Assembly (NCBI GenBank): GCA_951406725.2
Contig: OX597821.1
Coordinates: 109,182,001 to 109,246,000 of the forward strand
Source of the DNA: Octopus vulgaris
Lineage: Eukaryota
Direction of reading: 5' to 3'
Length of the DNA: 64,000 bases
Positions 1 to 14,131 of the stretch are shown here, in pieces. The notes below the pieces were generated by a model that worked only from the letters and a program-made list of their open reading frames with translations, did no database searches and was not told where the DNA came from. The first letter of the stretch is position 1. Each line of letters begins with the position of its first letter. The position numbers and the translations under genes are program-made.

Positions 1-37
1 TATATATATATATATATATATACATACATACATACAT

Positions 38-95
<58 letters not shown>

Positions 96-112
96 TACAT
101 ACATACATACAT

Positions 113-169
<57 letters not shown>

Positions 170-330
170 GTGTGTGTGCGTGCGCGTGTAAATTTTAATC
201 AAGGATGACCTAGAATCACATAATAATGCTACCGGATAGTATTGGGTAATTCTGAGGGTGGATGACCTTTATATTGTACCCTGCCACGTTCCTAACGATA
301 TATACCATAACTATATATATATATATATAT

Positions 331-1140
331 CCTTTCGGGGTCGATGAGTTAAGTACCAGTTGCGTACTGTGGTCGATCTAATCGACTTGCCTTCCATTCT
401 CAAAAGTTTCTGGCATTGTGCCTAGAATACAAAAGAATAACAAAACTAGGACGTACACATGGAATATATTAGTTTCACGCTCAGGAAAGGTGGGGAAAAA
501 AGACTGGTTTATGGCTCTAAGTGTTTGTCTTGTCACTGAGTTTGCACAACAAGGCGGTGAGCTTAAAGAATCGTTAGCGCACCAGGCGAAATTCTTATCA
601 GTATTCCGTCTGCTGCTACGTTCTTAGTTCAAATTCCGCCGAGGTCAACTTTGCCTTTCATCCTTTCGAGGTCGATTTATATAAGTACCAGTTACGCACT
701 GGGGCCGATATAATCGACTTAATCCGTTTTTCTGCCCTTGTTTGTCTTCTCTGTGTTTAGCCCCTTGTGGGAAGTAAAAGAAATAGATATTTTGTCTGTT
801 CTTACGTTCTGGGTTCAAATTCTGTCGAGGTTGACTTTGCCTTTCAGCCTTTCGAGGTCGATTTATATAAGTACCAGTTACGCCCTGGGGCCGATATAAT
901 CGACTTAATCCGTTTTTCTGCCCTTGTTTGTCCTCTCTGTGTTTAGCCCCTTGTGGGAAGTAAAGAAATAGGTATTTTGTCTGTTCTTACGTCCTGGGTT
1001 AAAATTCTGTCGAGGTCAACTTTGCCTTCATCTTTTCGGGGTCGATGAATTAAGTACCAGTAAAACACTGGGGTCGATGTAATCGATTACCCCCCACTCC
1101 CCCCAAATTTCAGGCCCTTGTACCTATAGTAAAAAGGATT
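331..1140 (+). mobile_element. SINE family A: fragment plus copy with three tandem internal units
   Basis: GAGTTCAAATTCC B box; CATCCTTTCGGGGTCGATAAATTAAGTACCAG central domain repeated about every 180 bp. Confidence 0.85.
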
Positions 1141-1882
1141 GCGTTTGCACAACTTTTTCTGTATCTCTGTCTAAATTTACATAAAAATCTATGTCAATTC
1201 TCCAACATTAGAGAGGGACAGATTCATTACAAGTCATCACTACGTAATAAATAGTGATGGCATGGCGGTGATATGTGTCGAGTGGACCCCTTCAGGGCTT
1301 ATACCCATTACTCTAGTATAGCCTTCAGTTCAATGAGTAGAACCAGTAACAGAATATACATACATGTGTATATATATATATATGTGTGTATGTGTTTATA
1401 TATATGTGTGTATGTATTGTGTGTTGTTGTTGTTGTGTTAACTTTGCATAGCACCTGTCTGTTAAACGGCCTAAAATGGATTTCTGTTAGTGTTAGAGAA
1501 AAGCACTTGTAGGCGGCAACCCGGAGTTTGGGTGCAGCGGTGTAGCTGGACTCAATAACTGACTATACATACATGTGTGTGTGTGCTTGTGTGTGTGCGT
1601 GTTTATTTTACTCAGCACCTGTTTGTTAAAACGGTCTGAGATGGATGTTTTAGTATACATCCGATTACGGTCCTCGCATGTGTTCCTTTGACATTTATGT
1701 CAGAACTAAGGAAACAGCTGTATCTTATTCTAAGTTCCTTTCATGTTGAAGGGTTTCTTGGCAGACCACCTCCCCCACTTTCCACCCGCTGACAAGGTTC
1801 TTTGTTTTTCTCTCTCTCTCTCTCTCACTCTTACTCTCACTCATTCACTCACTCTTATTTCTCACTCTTTCTCTCCCTCCCG

Positions 1883-1923
<41 letters not shown>

Positions 1924-1960
1924 CGCACCCTTCTTAGTTATCTTTTCTGCTTTTTTAAAG

Positions 1961-2237
1961 ATGATGAAGAAGAAGAAGAAGAAGAAGAAGAAGAAAATTA
2001 TGAAGATGATGTTGATGACGATGATGATGATGAGGAGGAGGAGGAGGAGGAGGAGAAAAAGGAGGATGACGATGACGAGGACGACGATGATGAGGAGGAG
2101 GGGGAGGACGGCGACGCCGATGATGATGATGATGATGATGACGACGACGACGATGATGATGATGATGGTGGTGGTGGTGGTGGTGGTAATGGTGGTGGTG
2201 GTGGTGGTGGTAGTGGTGAAGGTGGGGATGGTGATGG
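1961..2237. repeat. Compound trinucleotide repeat (GAA/GAT/GAG/GTG)
   Basis: Direct inspection. Confidence 0.95.
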
Positions 2238-2738
2238 TTTTGAGTGCTCTACTTCAGGACTGTTGCTTGGCATTTTGTCATCTTCAAAAGAAACAAAAGA
2301 AACGAAATTTAACTCCCTCACGCACGGACCGTGGGTTCGAACCTTGTCTTCGATCCTTGTTTTAAAATGTTGCGTAGCATATTGCATAGCGCAGTAGAGA
2401 TTGGAGATGGAAGGAGCAGAGAGAAAGAGAGAGTGGGGGGAGGGAAAGAGGGGGTGAAAGAAAACGAGAGAGAGAGAGATAGAAGGCAAGAAGGAACAAA
2501 GTAAAGGGAGAGAGAAAAAAATTGGGTGTGGCGTGGGCGTAGGTTTTTATGTACATTCTTTTATTTATTTATTTGTTTCAGTCATTTGACTGCGACCATG
2601 TTGGAGCACCACCTTTTAGTCGAAGAATTCAACCCCAAGATTTATTCTTTGTAAGGCTGGTACTTATTCTATCGGTCTCTTTTGCCGAACCGCTAATTTA
2701 CGAGAACATAAACACACCAACATCTGTTGTCAAGCGTT

Positions 2739-3535
2739 GTAATCCAGGAATAAGAGATAGCACCCAAATACCTGATGCACAAAAGGCACAAAGATGCATA
2801 AAAAACAGCAAAATGTGACCACCGATACAGCATTTGTGTTAACACTGAAGATATCACCCACATCATAAGCAATTGTCAGTAAATGTCATCACAGTATTAT
2901 CTACCGATGAGACATGACGTTTTCGCTAGGACGCTCTATAATGAGATCCGTAGAAAGGGTAACCCCAAGGACAAAGAAATAAAACCCACAATATGGTGGA
3001 AGCCATAGTCACTCATAATAAAAAGGATTACTAGTGGAATGTTCCAGTGAAAACACAATAGACCTGGTATAATGATTTGGGATAGAGAAGAGAAATTGTG
3101 TACAGTTGCGGAAATCAGCTGCCCAACGAATGTTAATATAAAGCTGAAGATCAGCAAAAAGGAGAATACCTACGTTGAACTATTTAGAAATTTGCAGTTA
3201 CTCTGTCCAGATTACAAGTTCAGGTGTATACCTGTAATTATTGGAGCACTGGGATATGTAACATAGTGCCTAAATGCGAATCATGTGAAATTAATCTTCT
3301 CAAAACCAGAAACGAGAAAACTGAATCGAAGATTACACATCCAGTCCATCACTGGAGCTGTAAAAATCTATAAAACTTTTCATAAAATTTATCATTTAAG
3401 TATATATGAGCATGTCTAGACATGCAACTATGTGCATGAGAAGACATGCGTAAAACAAAACGTACAAATCTGCACGTATACATAAATACATGCATACAAA
3501 GATACCCTGTTGATGTTATTAAAAGCTGAATAATG
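2739..3535 (+). mobile_element. R4/Dong-like (RLE-type) LINE 3' fragment, pseudogenised
   Basis: Decayed zinc knuckle EDITHIISNC..RHD, then HNRP.IMIWD..EISCP..K..Y..IPVIIGALG restriction-like endonuclease motifs, with stops. Confidence 0.85.
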
Positions 3536-4119
3536 ACATACATACATACATATATCGATAGATAAGGGTGAAAGCCAGGGAGCTGACTATAGGAAGTTTG
3601 TAAGATTCAAGCAGTCCGTGGTGGGCACAGAAAATAAAAGCTGGGTTGTGCAAACTCAGGAACAATAACAATTTATTAGTTTCGGTTACATTCCCCCCAC
3701 CCCACCCATAACGAAGTTTCCGAATAGTTTAGGTTAGTAAATATATAGAATTACCACAAATGCGAAAAAATACAAATTGAAGTAATGGAAAGGGAGAGGT
3801 GGGGAGGAGAGAGGGCGGAGTGCCAGAAGACAGGTTGAGACGATCAGAAACCAACAGTACTCCAGTTTAGTTTATCAGTTTGTATACGAGATTTCCCTTC
3901 TCCCAGGAAGGGTTTCATAACTAGAACCAGGGATCCTTTACTTCCGGTTGTTCGCATGTTGGTTAACCCATAGCTGAGGCACTAAAGGGTGCTACTACTC
4001 TGGGTCACACTAGATCTGAGGGAAATACTGGCTGAGATGTGTTCCCAAAACACCCCAAAACCCTAGAACTCTCGAATCAGAGCTTCGCGACTGGATGACG
4101 TTTAAAGTCATAACCAGGG

Positions 4120-4202
<83 letters not shown>

Positions 4203-4362
4203 TTTCTATTGTAGGCAACTGGTCCTAAAATTATGTTTTAAGTTTCAAATTTAGTTAATGGAGTTTCTTCTATAAGAAAAATCCTGATTTTATTTCTTTA
4301 AGAAATATTGTTTAATTCTGTTTACTTATTTACTTAACTATAATTGTTATTATTGTTAACCT

Positions 4363-4746
4363 TAGTGGAGGCGCAATGGCCCAGTGGTTAGGGCAGCGGA
4401 CTCGCGGTCATAGGATCGCGGTTTCGATCCCCAGACCGGGCGTTGTGAGTGTTTATTGAGCGAAAACACCTAAAGCTCCACGAGGCTCCGGCAGAGGTGG
4501 TGATCCCTGCTGTACTCTTTCACCACAACTTTCTCTCACTCTTACTTCCTGTTTCTGTTGCACCTGTATTTCAAAGGGCCGGCCTTGTCACTCTCTGTGT
4601 CACGCTGAATATCCCCGAGAACTACGTTAAGGGTACACGTGTCTGTGGAGTGCTCAGCCACTTACACGATAATTTCACGAGCAGACTGTTCCGTTGATTC
4701 GGATCAACCGGAACCCTCGTCGTCGTAACCGACGGAGTGCTTCCAA
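4363..4746 (+). mobile_element. Full-length tRNA-derived SINE, family C, with 12-bp TSD
   Basis: A box TGGCCCAGTGG, B box GTTTCGATCCC; TATTGTTAACCT at 4351-62 and 4747-58. Confidence 0.9.
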
Positions 4747-4997
4747 TATTGTTAACCTGAAGAGTGACTATAATTTTAAATTGAATTGGTTTTCGGTTAA
4801 ATTTAAATTTATTTGTAATTCGAATTTAAATTATAGCCATGAACGTACGTAGTTTTTTTTTACTTATTATATATTGTTTATTCATTTTTGTACTAATTTG
4901 TGATCTAGTTATATGTTTTAAAAAATATATAATATTTTTTTATTTATGATTTAGTTTATGTCAGTCATTATTTGAATTGCACAATAGTGGTTTTTCT

Positions 4998-5134
4998 TTA
5001 ATTTATATATGTTCAAGTGACTCTAACGATTTTTGTGCGTTTTAAATGGCTTATAAACACTTTCTACGCTGCAATTGTCTTCGTTCCGGTACACGATCTC
5101 AAACCAGGTCACTTGCTATGCAAGTACATTTCCC
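4998..5134 (+). mobile_element. Family F 3' fragment (no HHR)
   Basis: TTAAATGGCTTATAAACAC..CGCTGCAATTG..CACGATCTCA..ACTTGCTAT matches the 36 kb copy. Confidence 0.55.
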
Positions 5135-5594
5135 TATATATATATTCACACATACATACCCATATATAGACATATATGTATGAACACCTATGTATATACA
5201 TATCTATATTTATATATATAGACATATATGTATAAATACATATATGTGTGTGTGTATGTGTGTGTGCGTGTATGAGATACATCATACGATGGCAACTAAG
5301 TATGTTTTCGTCTGTGAATAAATGCAAAGGATTCTTTCAATTTTTGAAATTGAATGGGGCATTGATTTGATTCGTGTTCTTCTATTTATTTATTTTTTTT
5401 ATTTCTGTCTCTTTCATCTTCATTGCAATAACAACAACAACAATAACAATAATAACAATAATGATAATACTAATAATAACAGCGTCGTTCGGTTGGATAT
5501 TTTCATCGATGTGAAAACTACGGGCAAAATACCCGTGAAAAAATAAATGAGCTTGACCACCATTCGAAATATTAATGTTACGCTTTCGACATCT

Positions 5595-5860
5595 CTCATC
5601 CTCATCCTCGTTCTTTCCCTCCTCCTCCTCCTCATCATCATCATCACCGTCGTCGTCGTCATCATCATCAGCATCATTATCGTCATCATCATCAGAAGCA
5701 GTAGCAGTAATAGTAGTGGTAGGAACAGCAATAGCAGCAGCAACTTTGATTTTAGCGGTAACAACAACCATAAGAATATCATCATCTTCATCACCACCAC
5801 CATCATCATCTTCATTATTACTATTATTATTATTATTATTATAATTATTATTATTATTAC

Positions 5861-5917
<57 letters not shown>

Positions 5918-5919
5918 CA

Positions 5920-6003
<84 letters not shown>
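5595..6003. repeat. Compound (CAT)/(ATT)n repeat
   Basis: Direct inspection. Confidence 0.95.
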
Positions 6004-6005
<2 letters not shown>

Positions 6006-6075
6006 TCTCTTCGCTTTCCGTCTTTCTCTTCTCTCCTCAAGTTTTACCACTCTGCAAATGCTTAAAAATGCCCAG

Positions 6076-7290
6076 CACACACACGCAAACGCGCATGCAC
6101 ACACACACACACACACGTTCACACACACACACATACATTCGCACCACCCTACAAACCAACCTACCCACAAAGTACCTCCAGTCCATACACATACATACAT
6201 ACATACATACACACATACTACACACTCTCACACCTCCTATACACACATGCACACACACATGCACATACACACGTCCTATACACACATACACACACATACT
6301 GCACACACTTACACGACCTATATTCAAATACACATACATACATACATACACGTCCTGCACACACATACACACACACTGCACACACTCACACGTCCTATAC
6401 ACACATACCACACATACAAATCCTACACACACATACTTCACACGCTCACACCTCCCATACACACATACACGTACATACACCCACTCACGTCCTACACCCA
6501 CATAAACACACATACTACACACACTCTCACATCCTATACACACATGCACACACATATATACACACACTCACGTCCTACACACATACACACACATACTACA
6601 CACATACTACACACTCTCACATCCTATTCACACATACACATACATACACACACATACTCACACACATACTACACACACATACTGCACACAATCTCACATC
6701 CAATGCACACATACATACACACACATACTACACACACATACTACACACCCTCTCACATCCTATACACACATACACACATATAAACTCACTCACGTCCTAC
6801 TTACACACACACACACACACATTCTACACACATACTACACACATACTACACACACTCGCACATCCTATACACACATACACATACACACACACACATTCTC
6901 ACATCCTATACACATACTCACACACATACTACACACACATACTGCACACACTCTCACATCCTATGCACACATACATACACACACATACACACACATACAA
7001 CACACACATACTACACACACATACTACACACCCTCTCACATCCTATACATACATGCACACATATACACTCACTCACGTCCTACTTACACACACACACACA
7101 CACACATTCTACACACATACTAGACACTCTCATATCCTATACACAGATACTACACACACTCGCACATCCTATACACACATACACATACATACACACGCAC
7201 ATTCTCACATCCTGTACACATATTAACACACACCCATACACACGCACGCACACAGACACACACAGATACACACACACACACACGCGTACA
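6076..7290. repeat. CA-rich cryptic minisatellite
   Basis: Recurring unit CACATACTACACACTCTCACATCCTATACAC with variable CA runs. Confidence 0.9.
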
Positions 7291-7526
7291 CTCCAATCAA
7301 TATTGATCGAGAGCGAATTCCTTTGTTTGTCTGTGAATATTCCTTGCTGTGCAAACATTACGCCTGCATGAATCGTATTCATTAGGTCGATGTACGTACA
7401 ACATATAAAGCGCAGGACAACAACTGCAGCAACAACTACAATAGCAACAACAACCGCAACAATTGCAACGACAACAACAACAATACCAGGCGAAAGACCA
7501 GCAACAGCGGCAACAGAAACAACAGC

Positions 7527-7607
<81 letters not shown>

Positions 7608-7914
7608 CGCAGCAACATGCAATATTCAACAGGGACAAAACAAGAAATGTTGCTAGCAACATCAGCAATAGCAACAAGGATACAGCAGGGATAGCAACAA
7701 GGATAGCAAACGGGGAACGAGTGTAGAGATTGCGACGGAATAGAAACAGCAAAGGAGTGGGGTGGGGAAACAAATAAGAAGGATAGCAGTAACGCTTCAT
7801 GATGATGGGGATGGTGATGATAATGATGATGATGATGATGATGATGATTGCAATGATAATGGCGTTGACGATCATGCAGATATCAACAGGAACCATAATC
7901 ATAGCAGTTAGTTA

Positions 7915-8214
7915 ATGGTGATGATGATGTTGGTGGTGGTGGTGGTGGTGGTGTTGGTGGTGGTGGTAGTGGTAGTGGTGGTGGTGGTGGTGGTGGTGGT
8001 AGTCGAGATGATGACGATGATGATGATAGTGGTGGTGTGTGGTGGTGGTGGTGGTGGTGGTGACGATGACGATGGAGATGATGATGATGAAGGGGACGAT
8101 GATGACGACGACGATGATGACGATGATGATGATTGTGATGATTGTGGTGATGGTGGTGACGATGAGGACTATGATGATGATGATGATGACGATAACAATG
8201 ATGATGACGATGTC

Positions 8215-8248
<34 letters not shown>

Positions 8249-8360
8249 ATGATGATGATGATGATGATGATGACGACGATGATGATGACGACGATGATGA
8301 TGGTGATGATGATGATGATGATGATGATGTGATGATGATGATGATGATGACGACGACGAC

Positions 8361-8422
<62 letters not shown>

Positions 8423-8430
8423 CGATGATG
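7915..8430. repeat. Compound (GTG)/(GAT)n repeat
   Basis: Direct inspection. Confidence 0.95.
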
Positions 8431-8839
8431 ACGGCGTGTATTTCTAAGGAGACTGAGAAAAGGCAACAATTAATTTAAAGGTGAACAGGTTGGCCGAAAA
8501 CAATGGAATCCAAACCACACACACACACACACACACGCTATAGCTCACCGCCATGATACATAATACATGCCGAACATTCTAGAAGAAGGAAGTGCAAGTA
8601 ATGGTGGTTGTGACGACGGTGATTTAAACATAATTGCAGTGTTGTTACAATAGAGTTTCGGGAGTAGCATGTGTTATATAACTGTATGTAAACAGACATG
8701 ACGTACTCGCCCACGAAACTTAAAGTTATGTGGCGTTGAGCTACACTGATATTAAATATATATGTAAAATATCTGAGTATATACATGCTTATATATTTAT
8801 ATATATATATGTGTGCCTATATATATAAATATATATATG

Positions 8840-8949
<110 letters not shown>

Positions 8950-8962
8950 CGCTTGTGTGTGT

Positions 8963-9255
8963 GTGGAGGCACAATGGCCCAGTGGTTAGGGCAGCGGACT
9001 CGCTGTTGTAGGATCGCGGTTTCGATTCCCAGAACGGGCGTTGTGAGTGTTTATTGAACGAAAACAACTAAAGCTCCACAGGGATCCGGCAGTGGGGTGT
9101 ACTCTTTCGTCACAAATTTCTCTCACTCTTTCTTCTGTTGGCCCGTTCACTAAGCCAGCGGGGTAGCGTCATTTGAAGGCTAAAACAATGCGAAGCGCAT
9201 TGTGACCAGCGATGTGTAGCAACATCTGATAGCCTGGTCGGTCACGGTGATCACG

Positions 9256-9260
<5 letters not shown>
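8963..9260 (+). mobile_element. SINE family C, alternative tail
   Basis: Same head as 4363; tail shared with 44746-45002 and 16125-16230. Confidence 0.85.
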
Positions 9261-9300
<40 letters not shown>

Positions 9301-9321
9301 TGTTTTGTGCATGCATCAATG

Positions 9322-9720
9322 ACTGATGCATCTGGACACATCTTCGGTGATGTGCCTGGTATCATCGGATGTACCGGGTCTTTCAACATCATACACCCTC
9401 CTCCAGGTGACCCAGCTGGGGCTGATCAGACCTCAGCTTGTCTCCAGGGGGCCAGCTAGCTGCCCCATGGCTCTCCTCTATTGATCCTCAACCATCTTGA
9501 GGCACTCTCTGCCGTATCGGTGTTACTGCGGACGGCATTCCTTCATCTCACTCCTGCGATATCCAAACTGCTGAAGGCTCAGGTCATGGAACGAGCTGCG
9601 AAACCCCTGCATCCAACCTCACTAGGAGACACCTCGTTCTCCAAACAGCCCGCTGGCAATCACTGACCAGATCTGCGTACTTGGAGAGATTTCTCTCAAA
9701 AGCTTCTTCCAGGCTAATTT
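9322..9720 (-). mobile_element. HERO/NeSL-type non-LTR retrotransposon 3' end
   Basis: Manual translation gives EEAFERNLSKYADLVSDCQRAVWRTRCLLV-(fs)-VGCRGFAARS..AESASRWLRI, the RLE C-terminus typical of HERO, followed by a 3' UTR. Confidence 0.8.
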
Positions 9721-9751
9721 TACACACACATACACACACACAGATATACAG

Positions 9752-9827
<76 letters not shown>

Positions 9828-10177
9828 CGGACTCTCCTGCCGAAGATGATGTACGAGCATGTAGCTTTTGCTGAAGGACCTGCAGAAATGATTTGTTTAT
9901 TGTGATCAAATGGTCGTGTCGTACTTTAGCTCACTCCTTCCAGCAAAATCGACGTTGAACAGGCGTAGGGTGTGTCACGCGTCAGGTGTCAAAGTGATCA
10001 GAGAGCAACGTGAGATGATGTGTTTTTGCTTAGGATCACAACGCACCACCTGGAGCACAATGCACCAAAAGGCCATGCGATCACACACACAACACACTCC
10101 AAGGCCAGGCGTCTACACACACAGACACACACGTACATACACACATATATATAAAATATATATAAGTATATATATAT

Positions 10178-10252
<75 letters not shown>

Positions 10253-10253
<1 letters not shown>

Positions 10254-12131
10254 GTTTCTTTATTGGCCACACAGGGCTGCACACAGATGGGACAAGTTAC
10301 AAGGTAGAGCTTTTCTTTTGGGGGATGAAGAGAACAAAGAACAAAAAGAAAAAAAAGGGGGTGGCGTAGGTTTTCGATCAAGAGGGATCGTAAAAGGGAA
10401 GAAAAGAACAAAAACAAAAAAAAAATTGAATAAAATAAAAAGAATAAAAAGAAAAAAAAAAGAAAAGGAAAAGGAACAAAAGGAAAGAGAAATGAAAAAA
10501 AGAAGAAAAAAGGGGAAGAGGAAAAAAAAAGAACGATCAATAGGGATCGTGTATCACAGTGTTATGATATATGGTGTAAAGGGGAAAGCAAGTAAGGTTT
10601 ATCCGTGGGAAGAAAAGCCTACGAAAAAGACCACGGTAACCTTGGTCAATATTGTTATATGTTACCACATTTGTTTGCAAGTGGGTAACCCTCTGTTTTC
10701 AATTTCTGTGTTCATAGGATTATGCTCAAGGTGGCTTCGTCATTACATACGTGCCATCCTTGCTACATTCACCCATCTTTTTTTAAAACATTCGCTAGAC
10801 AAAACTTGCCTCTCTACTCTCACTTTCCTTTTCAAGTGGTACTTGAAGAAGTTGATGAGAGATTGACCAGAGAGGAAAGTGTTTGTCTCCAATCCTTTCA
10901 GACGCGTCCACCAGATACATTCTTTCGCCATAGCCACAAGGATTATGAAAATAGCTCTTCCTTCCCGTTTGAAGGAAGGAGGCGTGACAATATTGACGAT
11001 AGACTCAGCTGATAAACCGACTCGTCCCACACGTGACAGCAGTTGTTCGACATAAGCCCACAGGTCGGAAATTGTCGGACACTGCACGAGTGCGTGCAGA
11101 ACGGTTTCGTCGCTCTGACCGCATCTCGGGCAGGTCGGCCCCATGTTTCTCGAGCCGTGTCTGTAGAGCTTATCCCGAACGGGTAGCGCTTCTCGGTAGC
11201 ACTGCCAGGCCAGGGATCTCTGGAAGTTGTCCATGGGCCCTGGCCCGAAAGTCGTCCTGAACAGGCGGGTCAGGTACTCCTCGTCGACGTCCAGGTTCGC
11301 CCCGAGCTCGTCGTCGTACCTCCCCTCCACTAATCCCCTATAGAATGCTTTGGTTGTGTTGAAGTCACTCAAGGTCGACCTGGGACGGCAGAGTTGCTTG
11401 AGAGCAACGCGACACTCGCGGTGCCAATCGCCCTTCCTCGGCCTCTTTTTGATCCACGACTGCAGTTCGGTCATGGAGGCGGGCTGGGCATGCCGTGGTT
11501 GATGATGCGCAGACACGCGCTGAGACTGCGACATCTCTGGCTCTATGTAGACGACGGTGAACAGGTGTGGTCGCCGTTTGTGAGGCACACCTGTTCACCG
11601 TCGTCTACATAGAGCCAGAGATGTCGCAGTCTCAGCGCGTGTCTGCGCATCATCAACCACGGCATGCCCAGCCCGCCTTTTAGCGGGTGTTGACAGCAAA
11701 TGGATCGCCTGTCCATCGGGACGCATCCTTTCCACAAGAAGCGAAAGAGAATGCGTTGTAGTTTGGTGATGGTAGGGTCGGGACAAGGTACGACGGTCAG
11801 GCGGTAGTAGATGACGGACGCGATGTACGTGTTCGCCACCTCCTTTTAGGGACAGTTTCCTCTCGGCCCATTGCCGGGCGAGAGTGACCACCCTACTCGT
11901 TATCTCGTTCCAGTTCTTCTCCACTTGGAGGTCCGGACCAAACCAGACCCCGAGCAACTCAACCGGGCCGTCGGTCCAGCGTCCCACGACGAAGGCGCTG
12001 GTGGACGGCATGGGCTTGCTTCTCCAGGTGCCTAGTCGCAAGCCCACTGACTTTTCCCGGTTGATTTTCGCTCCTGTCACCGCTTCGTAGTTTTTCAGTG
12101 TCTCGCCGACCTGCTCGATGTGCTCGTGGCT
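10253..12131 (-). mobile_element. 5'-truncated Tx1/L1-clade non-LTR retrotransposon (RT thumb to zf-RVT region plus 3' UTR)
   Basis: Frameshifted ORF2 remnants KINREKS..LLGVWFGPDL..W..RKLSLKG..LFRFLWKG..KGGLG and CPRCGQSDETVLHALVQC; (TAGA)n arrays at both ends. Confidence 0.9.
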
Positions 12132-12217
<86 letters not shown>

Positions 12218-12357
12218 GATCTACGAACTAAAATTAATATTATTAAAATATTAAAATATGATAAATTAAACAGATTAGAACTACCAGTGAAGTTTTCCAA
12301 ATATACCTTACTGTACCAAGGACCTCACACATTTTCCAATAACATATTATATACATA

Positions 12358-12471
<114 letters not shown>

Positions 12472-13446
12472 TTACATATGTTTATGTGTATGTGTGATTA
12501 GTGTATCTTCATGCACAATGAGTGTGTGTATACATATATATATACAAGAAATATTTGCCTCTTTTTACAGAAACAATTGGGTTTATAGGACTGTAAAAGA
12601 AGTCCTCAAATATATATAAGACGAATGCTTCTTTATATATATATATATATGCACACAATACAGTAGTTTGTGCAGTAGCAGTTAGCTATACTATTTTCAA
12701 GTGGACGCTGTGTTCACAAGCAAGTACTAAACAGAAAAATCAAGAAAACCAGCTTCAGTATATTTGAAATACACCACAGAAAATCTGATACAGAAAGATT
12801 ATGTTTACCAAGTAAATATAGAGTTAGAGAGAGAGCCAGGGAGGTTCTGCTAATAAGAAAATTGTTATAAAATATCCTGTCTGTGTCTATAAAGAAATAT
12901 AAAGTAAAGAAAATAGCTATAAAACAGAAACAAAATAAACCTTTTCTTTTAATTTTTTTACCTATAATTTGACATAAAAAGATTATGTTTGCCTAACGAA
13001 AACAGAGAATTAAGGACTTTCTGCAAATAAGAAACACTATTATAGAATAACAATAGTGGGACTATAAATATATATATAGTTGCATATAAAATACATATGT
13101 TATAGAATAATATATGGGAAATAAATGATGGGAAGGTGATGAAAATTGTTGGAGAATATGAGCAAAACAAATATGTTTTCTGCCCTCAGAGAAGTTAAAC
13201 ATTCTAAGAAAGAGTTTGAAGTAGTGGATGGTTGGGAGTTGAATCGTTAAAGAAGCAACAAAGAATTGGAAATTGTAAAAACAAAAAATGTTGTTAGGTG
13301 CAAGTAAGGCTGGGTAATTTAAGGGGCTCTCTATGCAACCGTGTGGTTTTGTGTTCAGTCCTACAGCACAGCACCTCGAGTAGGTACACATACACACACA
13401 CACATATATATATATATGTATATATATATATATGTGTGTGTGTGTA

Positions 13447-13738
13447 TGGCTTAGTTGCTATGGTGTTGCACTCACGATTGCGACATCGTGGGTTCGATTC
13501 CTGAACCAGGCGTTGTGTTCTGTTCTTGAGCAAAGTACTTCATTTCCCGTTGCTCTGCGATCATTTCTGCATCTGATATGTGGCACCCAGTTGCACTTGT
13601 ACAGGTAATGTCGATCTGATAGAGCGAGTGACCTTATGTCTACAAAAACATTTGATCACTATAAACGAATCAACTCTGTAGTTGTTTGGTAAGAAATTGT
13701 CGAATCTTCATACCTCGTCTAACGACGGAGGACCCATC

Positions 13739-13740
<2 letters not shown>
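13447..13740 (+). mobile_element. Diverged SINE (family C-related)
   Basis: tRNA-like head TGGCTTAGT..GGTTCGATTCC; tail CCTCGTC.AACGACGGAG. Confidence 0.6.
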
Positions 13741-13777
<37 letters not shown>

Positions 13778-13797
13778 AACACACACACACACAGATA

Positions 13798-14013
13798 CTG
13801 TAATCATTCGACTATCGCGGGTGTTACGTTCCCAAACATCCCGCGATAGGTGAAAATCCGCGAAGTACAAGCAATACTGTACTGTTTTGTTTTTATTATT
13901 TTTATAATTTGTATATATTTATTTTATCATAAATGAAAACATGACGGAGGAATCGACATAAGTCCAAGTAATAAACTGCGATAAGTTAACCGCGATATGG
14001 CGAGGGATTACTG
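13798..14013. mobile_element. pogo/Tigger-type MITE
   Basis: Imperfect TIRs CTGTAATCATTCGACTATCGCGG / CCGCGATATGGCGAGGGATTACTG. Confidence 0.65.
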
Positions 14014-14131
14014 CATGTATATATATATGTGTCCCGTCCGTGTTTTTTGTATCGTCTTCTAAATGTTTTACATTCTTGTCCCAGTTTGTATTTTTCTACA
14101 TATAATATATATATATAGTATATAGTATATA

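Noticed and set aside
5382-8478. Poly-Asn/Ile/Asp/His ORFs
   Set aside because: Trinucleotide microsatellites with no unique coding flanks.
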